A DNA stretch of 64,000 nucleotides, from contig OX597830.1 in the NCBI GenBank assembly GCA_951406725.2, positions 54,374,001 to 54,438,000 of the forward strand. The letters run 5' to 3'. This document shows, piece after piece, positions 1 to 11,436 of this stretch (positions are counted from its first letter, which is position 1; every line of letters begins with the position of its first letter). The notes under the pieces were generated by a model that was given only the letters and a program-made list of their open reading frames with translations, ran no database searches and had not been told where the DNA came from. This stretch comes from Octopus vulgaris (Eukaryota). Position numbers and translations under genes: made by a program.

Positions 1-231
1 ATAGCCCGAATGAACGGGTCTGCTCTAAGCATGCGCCTCTAGATCGAGGAGTGGGCACTTTCCCTAATTGTTAGGGAGATCGTGGTTTTTGTGGGGTTTT
101 CTCAAGCAGCCCTTAGAAGTCTCTTTCTTTTGAGGATTTAATTTATTAGAATTTATATTGTTATTTTTTGTTTACAAGTTTCAGTCGCACCCTATTCCCC
201 CAGTCCCCAATCTTTTTATGTGAAGCTCCAG

Positions 232-300
<69 letters not shown>
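1..300 (+). mobile_element. 3' end of a Tx1/L1-clade LINE (last ORF2 codons, 3'UTR, (AAT)n tail)
   Basis: 1-42 translates IARMNGSALSMRL*, matching the ORF2 C-termini at ~4420-4470 (ARMARVSGTTLSLRL*) and 55722 (MASVDGPILRIHL*). (AAT)n at 233-300. Confidence 0.7.
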
Positions 301-304
<4 letters not shown>

Positions 305-494
305 CATTATTATAGTGAGTTTTTCTTCTTTCTTCTGTCTGGGACTAAGAAGTTTATTTGATACATTGATAGACCATTAACATAAACACACCAGATTATT
401 CATTTACAAAATCAAGTTATGTGAGAAAAATAAAAGGCAGAGAAAAAGAAAAAAGGAAAAAGGAAAACAAAGACCACATGGATTGTAATCGTTC

Positions 495-601
495 TCACAG
501 CATATATGCTCTTCTCAATACGTCTGACGTACCAGTTAAAATAATCTTTTGTACTTCTTGCACGGCTGGTAAGCCAAGGATCATTCTCAAATAATTTTCA
601 A

Positions 602-602
<1 letters not shown>
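495..602 (-). mobile_element. C-terminal fragment of an RLE-type (R4/Dong-like) non-LTR retrotransposon
   Basis: IENYLRMILGLPAVQEVQKIILTGTSDVLRRAYML* parallels NIQKIALLGTAHILRRTLSIQ* at 4799; abuts (ATT)n. Confidence 0.65.
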
Positions 603-693
<91 letters not shown>

Positions 694-729
694 GTTAGTA
701 TTATTTTTATTGTTGTTGTTGTTGTTGTC
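603..729. repeat. Compound microsatellite (ATT)n-(AGT)n-(GTT)n
   Basis: Seen directly. Confidence 0.95.
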
Positions 730-1075
730 GGCGAGTGAAAACATGTTTCTTTTAGCTCCGGACGGCACAAAACTGCACGTCGTCGTAGAGGGCGGAAGGC
801 CGATGTGTTACCTCTGTGGTGACAAAAACCACCTCTAGGTCTCTTGTCCCAAACAGAGAAAAAAAAAGGAGCGGCCAGCACTGCTACTAACACCAATGTT
901 AGTGTCACCTTCAGCGCTGCAACAACAGCAGCAGCAGCAGGTGCAGCAGCAGCAAATACACCAAAGGCAGCACTAGCGCTATCACCACCACCACCACCAC
1001 CACCACCTGCAACAGCAACAGCGATGTTGCCTCCAGCAGTCACTGAGGCACAAACAACATCAACACCACCAACAG
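730..1075 (+). mobile_element. Tx1-like ORF1 fragment (CCHC zinc knuckle, frameshifted)
   Basis: VVVEGRK then (frameshift) PMCYLCGDKNHL*VSCPK; homologous to VEGRKPRCFLCGQLGHIRRNC in the 39457-40458 ORF. Confidence 0.65.
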
Positions 1076-1270
1076 CAGAATCGTAAGCACACCGGGTAAA
1101 ATGCTTACCGTCATTTCGACCATCTTTATGTTCTGAACCGAGGCCGACTTTGTTTTCATCCTTTCGGAGTCGATGAAATAAGTACCAGTTACGCACTGGG
1201 ATCGACGTAATCGCTTAGCTCCCTCCCACAAAATTTCAGATCTTGTGCCTATAATAGTAAGGATTATTAT
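1076..1270 (+). mobile_element. SINE family B, degraded copy with the ...CTTGTGCCTATAATAGTAAGGATTATT tail
   Basis: GCAGAATCGTAAGCACACCGGG head and CCGAGGCCGACTTTG...TCATCCTTTCGGAGTCGAT body. Confidence 0.8.
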
Positions 1271-1280
1271 AATTATTTTG

Positions 1281-1780
1281 AAGGCGGCGATCTAGCAGAA
1301 TCGTTAGCACGCCGGGAGAAATGCTTAGCGGTATTTCGTCTGCCGCTACGTTCTGAGTTCAAATTCCGCCGAGGTCGACTTTGCCTTTCATCTTTTCGGG
1401 GTCGATTAAATAAGTACCAGTTACGCACTGGGGTAGATGTAATCGACTTAATCCGTTTGTCTGTCCTTGTTTGTCCCCTCTGTGTTTAGCCCTTGTGGGT
1501 AGTAAAGAAATAGGTATTTCGTCTGCCGTTACGTTCTGAGCTCAAATTCCGCCGAGGTCTACTTTGCCTTTCATCCTTTCGGGGTCGATAAATTAAGTAC
1601 CAGTTGCGCACTGGGGTCGATATAATCGACTTAATCCGTTTGTCTGTCCTTGTTTGTACCCTCTGTGTGTAGCCCCTTGTGGGCAGTAAAGAAATAGGTA
1701 TTTTGTCTGCCGCTACGTTCTGAGTTCAAATTTCGCCGAGCTCGACTTGTTTCTTTCGGGTTAGATAAATTAAGTACCTT
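1281..1780 (+). mobile_element. SINE family B (GGCGGCGAGCTGGCAGAA head) with body tandemly triplicated (~184-bp unit)
   Basis: Unit beginning GGTATTT(C/T)GTCTGCCG restarts at ~1330, ~1513 and ~1697. Confidence 0.9.
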
Positions 1781-3015
1781 GTGCCTTTAGTTGATACTCT
1801 GAACAGAAACACAGGCGAAGGCGAAATTAATTTCTCACCAAAGAGAAATAAAATTTCCCCTTGTTGCTACGACGACGACAGTAACAAGTGCAAGAATACC
1901 AGCAAAAACTATAATGACGGCGGCGACGACGACAGCAACAATGTGAACAGCGGCAGCACCACCACTGCCTACAACAACACCATGGACACCGTCGGAGGCA
2001 TGAAGAAGGGAGCGGAGTAGGAGGTCACTAACACCGCTACTACCACTGTGGGGGAAAGTGGAGAGAAAGAAAAAAGAATTCTTTCACGTGAAACACCTGC
2101 AGATTTCACCACCGCCGTCACTACCACGTCAAACAAAGAAATAAAAAAATTTTTTCAGAGTAACAACGTTGCTTGCTTCTTCTAAACAAGCACAAAATAG
2201 ATTTGCCGAAATGTGCCGCACGATGGAAGAGTTGCAACTGTCAGAAATTGTTAGATGCAAAAAAAAAAGTCTAGCAAGAACTGAAAGGACAGTCCACCTG
2301 AACACACCAGAGGAGGTGTAGGAAGAGACACGGAGGAGTACCATTATATACAGATGTATATCATTGAAAACGCGCAAGATAGAAAGAGCTACGCAGGCTC
2401 AAACCGAATAATGTCTGAGGTTTGTATGGAACCAAACATTTTACGTCACACGTGGTAAAAGCTTTGGCACAGTAGAGGCGAGATTCACAAGTGAACAACT
2501 GGCCAAAGAAAATTCCACGATAACCTTGAAGACCGAGGAATTACTAATAATACCCACATACCTCAGTCGAAGAGTTGTCAGAGTGAAGCTAGCGGAGGTT
2601 CCACCAGAAGTAGACATATTCTTACTGACAGCGGCCGTATAGTACGGCGTAGAAGAGAGATGTAGTATTCTTGAAACAAGGACATACACACACACGCAAA
2701 AAAAATCTTATTGGATGCGAATTTCGAAACCGCACAAGAGATGCTAGATATCATCGAGCTCACTGGAGGTTTAAAATTATTTGTATCGGTAGAGGGCAGA
2801 AAACCCAGATTCCACATTTGTAGCCAAACAAACTACTTAAAGGCTTTCTGTCCTGGACAATCAAAAGAAAAAAAATGGTACTGCTGCATACACCTCCAAC
2901 ACAAAAATCACAGCAACAAAAGCAACAGCAACAGTACCAGCAGAGGCAGGAAGCCACTGGAGCAGCAAAAACAACAGCAACAGCAGCAGCAACACCAATC
3001 ACAGCAGCAGCAACA
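1781..3015 (+). mobile_element. Degraded Tx1/L1-clade LINE ORF1
   Basis: ~2445-2690 reads RGKSFGTVEARFTSEQLAKENSTITLKTEELLIIPTYLSRRVVRVKLAEVPPEVD, aligning with KKFGTVEVRFTNKEIAHKNSVETLKT...TRVPPEVE (39457 ORF). Decayed knuckle VEGRKPRFHICSQTNYLKAFC at ~2790-2852. Confidence 0.8.
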
Positions 3016-3018
3016 AGT

Positions 3019-3385
3019 GGAGGCGCAATGGCCCAGTGGTTAGGGCAGCGGACTCGCGGTCGGAGGATCGCGGTTTTGATTCCCAGACCGGGCGTTGTGT
3101 GTGTTTATTGAGCGAAAACACCTAAAGCTCCACGAGGTTCCGGCAGGGGGTGATGGCGACCCCTGTTGTACACTTTCACCCCAACTTTCTCTCACTCTTT
3201 CTTCCTGTTTCTTGTCCTCGACTTCCTACGCAGCCGCTGAGCCTGGATGCGCATTCTTCCATCCGTTGATGCTCTCGGTGTCGGGGTTGACTTGCTTCCT
3301 CTTCTGCGGGTCTTACGAATAGCAAAGGACCACGTTTCAGACTTCTCCCATCTTGCGAGCTCTGGGACGAAGACCGTTCGCTCAA
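3019..3385 (+). mobile_element. tRNA-derived SINE family A (GGAGGCGCAATGGCCCAGTGG head), tail type 1
   Basis: A-box TGGCCCAGTGG, B-box-like GGTTTTGATTCCC; same head at 23911 and 58518(-); ends in (CAA/CAG)n. Confidence 0.85.
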
Positions 3386-3489
3386 CAGCAACAGCAGCAA
3401 CAACAACAGCAACAATAACAAGAATAAGAACAACAACAGTGGAAGCAACAACAACAAACAAAATCAACAACTCACCAACAGCTATGCCT

Positions 3490-4696
3490 TCCATGCAACA
3501 AACAGCAAATTGCTCGGGATCTGGTTCGGTCCAGACCTCCAGGTGGAGAAGAACTGCGACGAGGGAGCGAGCAGGGTGGCCAATCTCGTCCAGAAATGGG
3601 CTGAGAAAAAGCTATCCCTGAAAGGTCGGGTGGAGGTGGCGACTGCTTACATCGCATCCGTCATCTACTACCGTCTCACCGTCGTGCCCTGTCCCAGTTC
3701 AAATCTGACCAAACTGGAGCGCCAACTATATCGCTTTTTGTGGTCAGGCTCTCTAATTGCTGTCAACACCTGCTAAATTGAGGGCTGGGTATGCCGTGGC
3801 TATTGATACGCAGAGGCCGCAACATTTCCAGCGCCTCCTAGACGGTGAGTAGGTGCAGTTGCTGTTTGTCAGATGCGATTTCTCACAGCTTGTGTCTTTG
3901 ACTGAGCTGCAGTCCTGGATCAAGCATAGTCCGAGGAGGAGCGCCTGTCAGTCGGGCAATGCGGTCTGTGACAAGTCTACTATGGCGTTCTACAAAGAGT
4001 TAGTGACGGATAAGTGCGACGACGTTCTACAGGCACGGAAATGCAGTCAGCCGGGCTTGCCAGAGATGTACGCAGAGCGACGAAACCGTTCTGCATGCTC
4101 TCGTCCAGTACCCGAGTATTTTTGACTTGTAGGTTTATGTCGAACACCTGCTGACACGGTTAGGACGAATCCGGTTATCAGCTGAATTCATTGTGAGGAT
4201 AGTCCCGCTGCCTTCCTACGGTGAGGAAGGGCAGGGTGTTTTTCTTTTCCTGGTAGCCTTAGCGAAAGAGGTTGTGTGGTGGACTAGGTTGAAAAGACTG
4301 AAGACAGATACTTTTCTCTTTGGCCAAGCCCTCAACTTTTTGAAATTTCACTTGAAAGGAAAGTGAGGATGGAGAGGGATGTTCTGCACCCCAGAAATTT
4401 TGTTAAAAGGTGGGTGAAAATTGCAAGAATGGCTCGAGTGAGTGGGACTACTCTAAGCTTGCGCCTGTAGACAAAGCGGAAAGAGCACAAACGCCAGTGG
4501 TCAGGACTGTTGTGGACCTGTGGGGGTTTTCACGAGCAGTTCTCAGAGGTCTCCTACTTTAGGAAAATTTTGTTGTTATATTCAATTAATTCTATTGTTT
4601 TTCATTGTTTACACGACTTTCAAATAACTCCACATTATATTTGTCCTGTTTTGTCCTTTGTGGTTAATAAAGAAATTATTATTATTATTATTATTC
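3490..4696 (+). mobile_element. Tx1/L1-clade LINE ORF2 C-terminal half (pseudogene), 3'UTR and (ATT)n tail
   Basis: LGIWFG...QKWAEKKLSLKGRVEVATAYIASVIYYRLTV...RFLWSG is the post-RT region typical of L1/Tx1 ORF2; multiple stops/frameshifts; ORF ends ~4470. Confidence 0.85.
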
Positions 4697-5186
4697 AGTA
4701 GTTTTATTTTTATTTTTATAGCGTGCTTTCACTTCACTACCGAGCGCAGCTCTGTGTGCCTTGGGTATGTGCTGTGATTTGTTGTGATGCTCTGATGGTT
4801 ATTGTATGGAAAGTGTTCTGCGTAGGATGTGTGCAGTGCCTAGTAGTGCAATTTTCTGTATGTTATATGTGTTTGTAAGTCCTGGTGTTTTTGTTATGTA
4901 TTTGTCTGAATATTTTTTTATCATGCCTAATGCACCTACTATGATAGGAATTGTTTCTGTTTTCAGATTCCACATTCTAGTTACCTCTATTTCCAGGTCT
5001 TTGTATTTTGAGAGTTTCTCCATTTCTTTTAGAGAAACGTTGTCATCTGCCGGTACTGATACATCAATTAGAAAGCATTTTTTTCTTCATGGTCTCTGAC
5101 AACTATATCTGGTCTGTTGGCCTTAATTTCTCTATCTGTGTGTATCGGCATATCCCAGAGTATGGTTGCTTTCTCGTTTTCTGTGA

Positions 5187-5188
<2 letters not shown>
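4697..5188 (-). mobile_element. 5'-truncated RLE-type (R4/Dong-like) LINE flanked by (ATT)n on both sides
   Basis: ATILWDMP...ANRPDIVVRD...LIDVSVPADDNVSLKEMEKLSKYKDLEIE...IVGALG: PD-D/ExK restriction-like endonuclease. Confidence 0.9.
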
Positions 5189-5257
<69 letters not shown>

Positions 5258-5259
<2 letters not shown>

Positions 5260-5894
5260 TAATTTTGTTTTTATAGCGTGCTTTCACTTCACTACCAAGC
5301 GCAGCTCTGTGTGCCTTGGGTATGTGCTGTGGTTTGTTGTGATGCTCTTATGGTTACTGCATTGAAAGTGTTTTGCGTAGGATGTGTGCAGTGCCCAGTG
5401 GTGCATTTTTCTATATGTTATATATATTTGTAAGTCCTGGAGTTTTTGTTATGTATTTGTCTGAATATTTTTTTATCATACCTAATGCACCTACTATGAT
5501 AGGAATTGTTTCTGTTTTTAGATACCATATTCGAGTTACCTCTATTTCCAGGTCTTTGTATTTTGAAAGCTTCTCCATTTCTTTTAGAGAAACGTTGTCA
5601 TCTGCTGGTATTGATACATCAATTAGAAAGCATTTTTTTCTTCATGATCTCTGACAACTATATCTAGCCTATTTGCCTTGATTTTTCTATTTGTGTGTAT
5701 TGGCATATCCCAAAGTATGGTTGCTTTCTCGTTTTCTGTGACCTTTTCTGGTGTGTGCCTATACCATCCTTTTTCTGTTGTTATTCCAGAGTGTTGGCAT
5801 AGCTTCCAATGTATGTAGGTCCCAACTCTGTCGTGTCTGTGAATATATTCCTTCTTAGCCAGGACTGGGTAGCCAGAGATAATATGATTTATTG

Positions 5895-5897
<3 letters not shown>
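5258..5897 (-). mobile_element. Second tandem 5'-truncated copy of the same RLE-type LINE
   Basis: HIISGYPVLAKKEYIHRHDRVGTYIHWKLC (RHD motif) through to the same 3'UTR; (ATT)n at 5189-5257 and 5898-5975. Confidence 0.9.
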
Positions 5898-5977
<80 letters not shown>

Positions 5978-6193
5978 GCTGCGGGGTACGTAAGACGTTC
6001 TTTCAAAAACGCTTCATAAGTTATGCTTTAAACTGTCCTTTTCACCTTGTCTGTACAAATATATGTTATTAATTTTTTTTATAAGAACACTAAGAACCTG
6101 TTGAAAGGTTTTCAGTGAGCTATTTCCGCCCCACAAGGTACAATATTTATTTATTCGTTTAATTATCCATTGCATTAAAAAAAAGTACAAACA

Positions 6194-6360
6194 CAGGCGC
6201 AGGAGTGGCTGTGTGGTAAGTAGCTTGCTAACCAACCACATGGTTCCGGGTTCAGTCCCACTGCGTGGCATCTTGGGCAAGTGTCTTCTGCTATAGCCCC
6301 GGGCCGACCAATGCTTTGTGAGTGGATTTGGTAGACGGAAACTGAAAGAAGCCTGTCGTA

Positions 6361-6427
<67 letters not shown>

Positions 6428-6630
6428 AGCATTGCTTGACAACCGATGCTAGTGTGTTTACGTCCCCGTCACTTAGCTGTTCGGCAAAAGAGACCGATAG
6501 AATAAGTACTAGGCTTATAAAGAATAAGTCCCGGGGTCGATTTGCTCGACTAAAGGCGGTGCTCCAGCATGGCCGCAGTCAAAATGGACTGAAACAAGTA
6601 AAAGAGTAAAAGAGTAAAAGAGTAAAAGAG
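6194..6630 (+). mobile_element. SINE family C (AGGCGCAGGAGTGGCTGTGTGGTAAG head, internal (TA)n(TG)n, GGCGGTGCTCCAGCATGGCCGCAG tail)
   Basis: A/B boxes (TGGCTGTGTGG, GGTTCAGTCCC); many copies in window; ends in (GTAAAAGA)n. Confidence 0.9.
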
Positions 6631-6899
6631 TATACTGGCGTCATCATCCCTAGTATCATCGACATCAGCAATCATAGAAGCGCTGAGAGGGAAAAGCTAT
6701 CTCTCCGACCATCCCTCCCACAGCAGAAACTCCTCTCCTCTCATATCACTCACTCTCAGTGACGACAACAACAGCAACAACAACAGTAGCGGCCTAAGCA
6801 ATGTGAAAGCTCGCGAAGCTTATGAAATTAGTTAGGACAAAAACGGCAAGAGTGTCGATGGTAGTGGTTGACAGAAGCCATAACAGCGATGGTGGCGGT

Positions 6900-7320
6900 G
6901 GAGACAACAAAAAGCTGCAACACGACGAAAGGTAGGAGCAGTAACGAAAACGCCAACAATACCAGCAGTAACAAATGAGAACGACACCAATGAGAACAAC
7001 AATACCAATATTACCAACAAGAATACGTTCGTTGAAGCGACAAGCAACACGAGACCAACGTTATAGCATAGTCCTCGTAAATACAGAGGAGAAATTAGCG
7101 CAGGTATGGATAATCATAAAACACGGACAAACCCGAGCCAACTTGACCATACCCAGGCGCAGGAGTGGCTGTGTGGTAAGTAGCTTGCTAACCAACTACA
7201 TGGTTCCGGGTTCAGTCCCACTGCGTGGCATCTTGTGCAAGTGTCTTCTGCTATAGCCCCGGGCCGACCAATGCCTTGTGAGTGGATTTGGTAGACTGAA
7301 ACTGAAAGAAGTCTGTCGTA

Positions 7321-7391
<71 letters not shown>

Positions 7392-8455
7392 CTAGCATTG
7401 CTTGACAACCGATGCTAGTGTGTTTACGTCCCCGTCACTTAGCTGTTCGGCAAAAGAGACCGATAGAATAAGTACTGGGCTTACAAAGAATAAGTCCCGG
7501 GGTCGATTTGCTCGACTAAAGGCGGTGCTCCAGCATGGCCGCAGTCAAATGACTGAAACAAGTAAAAGAGTAAAGAGTATACCCAAAGAGGCAATTGAAG
7601 CAGTGAAGAAAAAACAGTTCATTTCAGATGCATCTCAGCAGAGACAAAGAAACCGGCAATAATAACAGGTAGATGTTGAAGCTGCGCTGAAACGTATCAA
7701 GGATGATACCGAGTACATAACGAAGGGCAGACAATACGGCACCGTTTCGGTGCTTGTTAAGTCAGAAGCCCTCGCTATGAAGGACTCGATGACCCTTTGC
7801 AAAACCAACAATGTCCTTATGTACCCATCCCATATGGGAAAAAGAATAGCGCGTGTCCGCATTCCCAGGATTCCCCCAGGACTTGACCTGTGGTGGATTC
7901 TGGGATGCACAATCGAGCAAGGGTCAGATATCGCCCCGATAGAGGTGACAAAACTGCCAGGGAGGACTTGTCTGGGGTGGATCTGGAGATACTTCTCCAA
8001 ATCAAGCCTGAAAACTTCAAAAGAATTCCGAACCACATTCGTCGTACATAATGAATGAGAACAGAAGGCTGCAGTGTTTCGTTTGTGGGGAAACTACTCA
8101 TTTGCGAGTTAACTGCCCTCAAGTAACAAAGTGTGCAAGGGGTCAAAGCCCTCCACTGCTGCCTACGCCGGGACGAGGAACACAACCAACACCAGCAACG
8201 GCAAAACCACCAGCAACAACAAACGAAACACCACCAAAGACATTAACCACTCTTGGGGGAAACGAGGAAAGTTCTCCCACCCACCTCACACCAAAAAATA
8301 CACATATAAATAAGAATATAAACATACACACAGACACAGATACACAGCCACAGACATCCTCATCTTCCAGTAGTGAAGATGGTTTTGCTATAACTAAAAT
8401 GAAAAATCCATCACACCGCGTTGTAATCCGAGATGAGAAAGATTTTTCGTTTTAG
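6900..8455 (+). mobile_element. Tx1-like ORF1 relic (divergent subfamily) interrupted by a SINE
   Basis: EYITKGRQYGTVSVLVKSEALA...YPSHMGKRIARVRIPRIPPGLDLWWILG and knuckle CFVCGETTHLRVNC (CX2CX4HX4C). Confidence 0.75.
7156..7578 (+). mobile_element. SINE family C, full length, with TSD ATACCCA
   Basis: Near-identical to the 6194 copy; ATACCCA at 7149-7155 and 7579-7585. Confidence 0.9.
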
Positions 8456-8760
8456 GTACAGTAATACCTACTGAACAGAATTCGAAATCATGATCCAGGT
8501 ATATCTGTTACCTTATTATACGGCTTTTTAGCCGAGATAATGTTAAATTCCACTCGTTTGCCCGATTTCTGTTGGTCCGTTACATATTTTCAGTGAGATT
8601 AGTGGTTACATTTAAAGTTTTTACTCCTACTTTGGAGCAAGCTGGTGCTTCGTGTACCCTTTCATATAATTAAGAATTTAATGTATAGCTATTTAATGTT
8701 AATATCACTTGCTACCATTAATGTTATTGTTATTGTTAATATCAATTATTTAGATTTGCC

Positions 8761-8814
<54 letters not shown>

Positions 8815-8821
8815 AATAATA

Positions 8822-9400
8822 ATAAATGCCCTGATGCAGCACCAGGCAGTAGCTCTATGCCCTGATGCAGTACCAATCAGTGGCTCTCGTGGCTTCTGAT
8901 CTTAACTGATTGGAAATGTTATCACGTACATTGTTTTGTCTTGGTATAAAAGATGGGCTACAGCAAATATTCTACTTAATACCACAGATTTGCTTCTCAG
9001 TTGTTTGACCTTAACCAGTTGACCATGTCCCTTAGTGGCTGACGATATGTGCGTCTCTGACCATGAGCAGAAGTAGTGTTGAGAGGGATTCTTTGGGGTT
9101 TGAATAATTCACGTCTGGAAACATGGGTGTTTCGTTCAACATCCTTAAACAACCCTTATTTAGGGACCTTTTGAGCGGGATGGGTTACTCGACGAGAAGA
9201 AAATTCTAACTGGGCCCCACCTGCAAGGTCATGCGCTGTTTATCTTGATATGAGATCACCATGTCGCGCACATATGGTTGTGATGCATGTTCCCTTATCA
9301 GACGGATTGTCATGTTGGGTATACTGGGCTTCGTATATTTTACCCCAGTGTCACTTCTTTGATGGCATGCGCTGCTCTCTCACTCAATAATAATAATAAC
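8822..9400 (+). repeat. Unclassified ~560-bp interspersed repeat D bounded by (GAT/AAT)n
   Basis: Related sequence at 37274-37630(-), 43945-44128(-), 44560-45197(+); ends GCTCTCTCACTC(AAT)n like a retroposon 3' end. Confidence 0.8.
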
Positions 9401-9469
9401 AACAACAGCAACATCTTTACGAGTATTCATTTTGAATATATACTCATTATATGTGTGTATATATATTTA

Positions 9470-9690
9470 TATATCTATATGACTATGTGTCTGTGTTTGT
9501 TCCTCCCCCCATCACCGCTTGACAATTGGTGTTGGTGTGTTTACGTTCCCGTATCTTAGGGGTTCTGCAAAAGAGGCCGACAGAATACGTACCAGGTGTA
9601 CAAGGTAAGTACTGGAGTTGATTAATTTGACAATTTTTCGAAGCGATATCCAAACGTGACTGCAGTCTAATGACTGAAACAAGACAAGAT
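9470..9690 (+). mobile_element. SINE family C 3' half, degraded
   Basis: GCTTGACAATTGGTGTTGGTGTGTTTACG...GCAGTCTAATGACTGAAACAAG. Confidence 0.7.
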
Positions 9691-9923
9691 AGAGACGAAA
9701 GAAAGTATGTCTCTTACTGGTTGAATTCGTGTAGACTTTTTTACGGAAAGATTTTTGACCGTTAGCTTCATACAGTGGCAATCACAAGTTTATTTGTTGG
9801 TCGCTGTTAAAATATTTCCCCTTAGATTTTTTTCATTTTATATCAGTAGCCATGTGTAAATTTTTTTGATGTGTATATTTGCGTGCTAATTTTGGGCATT
9901 GTATTGCGATGCGAATATGGTTT

Positions 9924-10148
9924 AAGGCGGCGAGCTGGCAGAAACGTTAGCGCACCGGGCGAAATGCATAGCCGTATTTCGTCTGCCGTTACGTTCTGAG
10001 TTCAAATTCCGCCGAGGTCGACTTTGCCTTTCATCCTTTCGGGGTCGATAACTTAAGTACCAGTTACGCATTGGGGTCGATATGATCGACTTAATCCGTC
10101 CTTGTTTGTCCCCTCAGTGTTTAGCCCCATGTGGGTAGTAAAGAAATA
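9924..10148 (+). mobile_element. SINE family B, full length, 11-bp TSD
   Basis: TSD GAATATGGTTT at 9913-9923 and 10149-10159. Confidence 0.92.
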
Positions 10149-10699
10149 GAATATGGTTTTCATAATCAGTATTCTACTTAGCGTGGAATTTTAAAAGTAT
10201 TTTCCTCTAAAATTTTCCTATCTATTTTCTTTTTTTTATGTGATGTGTGGTGTAATGTTGAGCAATAGCTTTATGCTGTAGGTGCATGCGGGCCTACGTG
10301 AAAGTGTTACAAAGTTGTTATACTGGATAAACCAGCGGAACACTCAAGATGAACCCTCCATATTATCTGAACATAATCTATCTATTTCTTTAACTGATGA
10401 ACAATCTAATTGTTTTGCTTACGTCCTTCGCGCTTTCCTTTTCATTTCGATGAAAACGATTATAATTAGTACTATAATTAGCAAAACAATTATAATTAGT
10501 AATAGTTTATTATCTCTTGTTCCATTATTTCCTATCTAAGACATGCAACATACACAAAAAGGCTTGGCCATAGATACAGATGAATTACGAAATATTAGAT
10601 ATTATAATCATGAACGACATACTAATTAAATGTTATATTTATTAACAACATAATTAAATATTAAATTTATAAATAACATATTTAGCAACTTATGTATAA

Positions 10700-11093
10700 C
10701 TAGCAGTATCGCCCGGTGTTGCTCGGGTTTGTTTCGACCCTTTAGAATTGGAATTTTTGAAAAGTAAAAGATTTGCATTATGTAGCTTTTTATTCTCTTT
10801 AAGTGAACATTTTTCTGATTGAAATACACGAAAAATGGCGACACAGCAGTAAAAAAAATCGTAAAAAATAGGGATTTTCATAGAAAAAAAAAGCACCTTT
10901 TTGATGTAAATAATTTTTAGTGTTAACATGGTCCGATTTGAATGTTTCCTTCTACGGAAGGAAGATCAAGCCTTCTTCTATCATACTCTCAATTTTGGTC
11001 AACCTGCGCCGCAGGGTCTCAGAGGAGATAGTGTTAGTTGAAGGCTACCAAACCTGCCATACACAGACAACTTCAGCTTTATATAGAGAGAGA
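10700..11093 (-). mobile_element. Non-autonomous Helitron (~394 bp)
   Basis: Minus strand reads A|TCTCTCTCTATATAAAG...CCCGAGCAACACCGGG (hairpin) CGATACTG CTAG|T: 5'-TC, subterminal GC hairpin, 3'-CTAG, inserted between A and T without TSD. Confidence 0.8.
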
Positions 11094-11436
11094 TTATACA
11101 TTTTGGTGAGGATGCTGGAAGAGAGACGAAATATCTATTTCGATGATTTTGATTACTCTCTTCCATTACACGAAAAACAGATGCACCAGAAGTGATATTT
11201 CTAGCCCTGAGTCTAGAAACCACACGAGAAAACGAAGTTTAAAAAGTCTGCGTAATTATTTGAAAAGTACGCATGTGCCAAGTATCACTGATACTAAAAA
11301 TTTACAAGCCACTATTCTGGTTGTCCATGACAACCGTATCAAGCCAATTTGTCTTTAAGCTGTTAAATCACAATTAAGTTTATAGCATTATACAAGTTGA
11401 TATAATAGGTTTTTTTTTTTACATCGCTTTATGTGA

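Noticed and set aside
3019-3092. tRNA-like sequences (also 23911, ~26850-26920, 41370, ~58445-58518)
   Set aside because: They are SINE heads continuing into repeat bodies, with imperfect cloverleafs; not tRNA genes.
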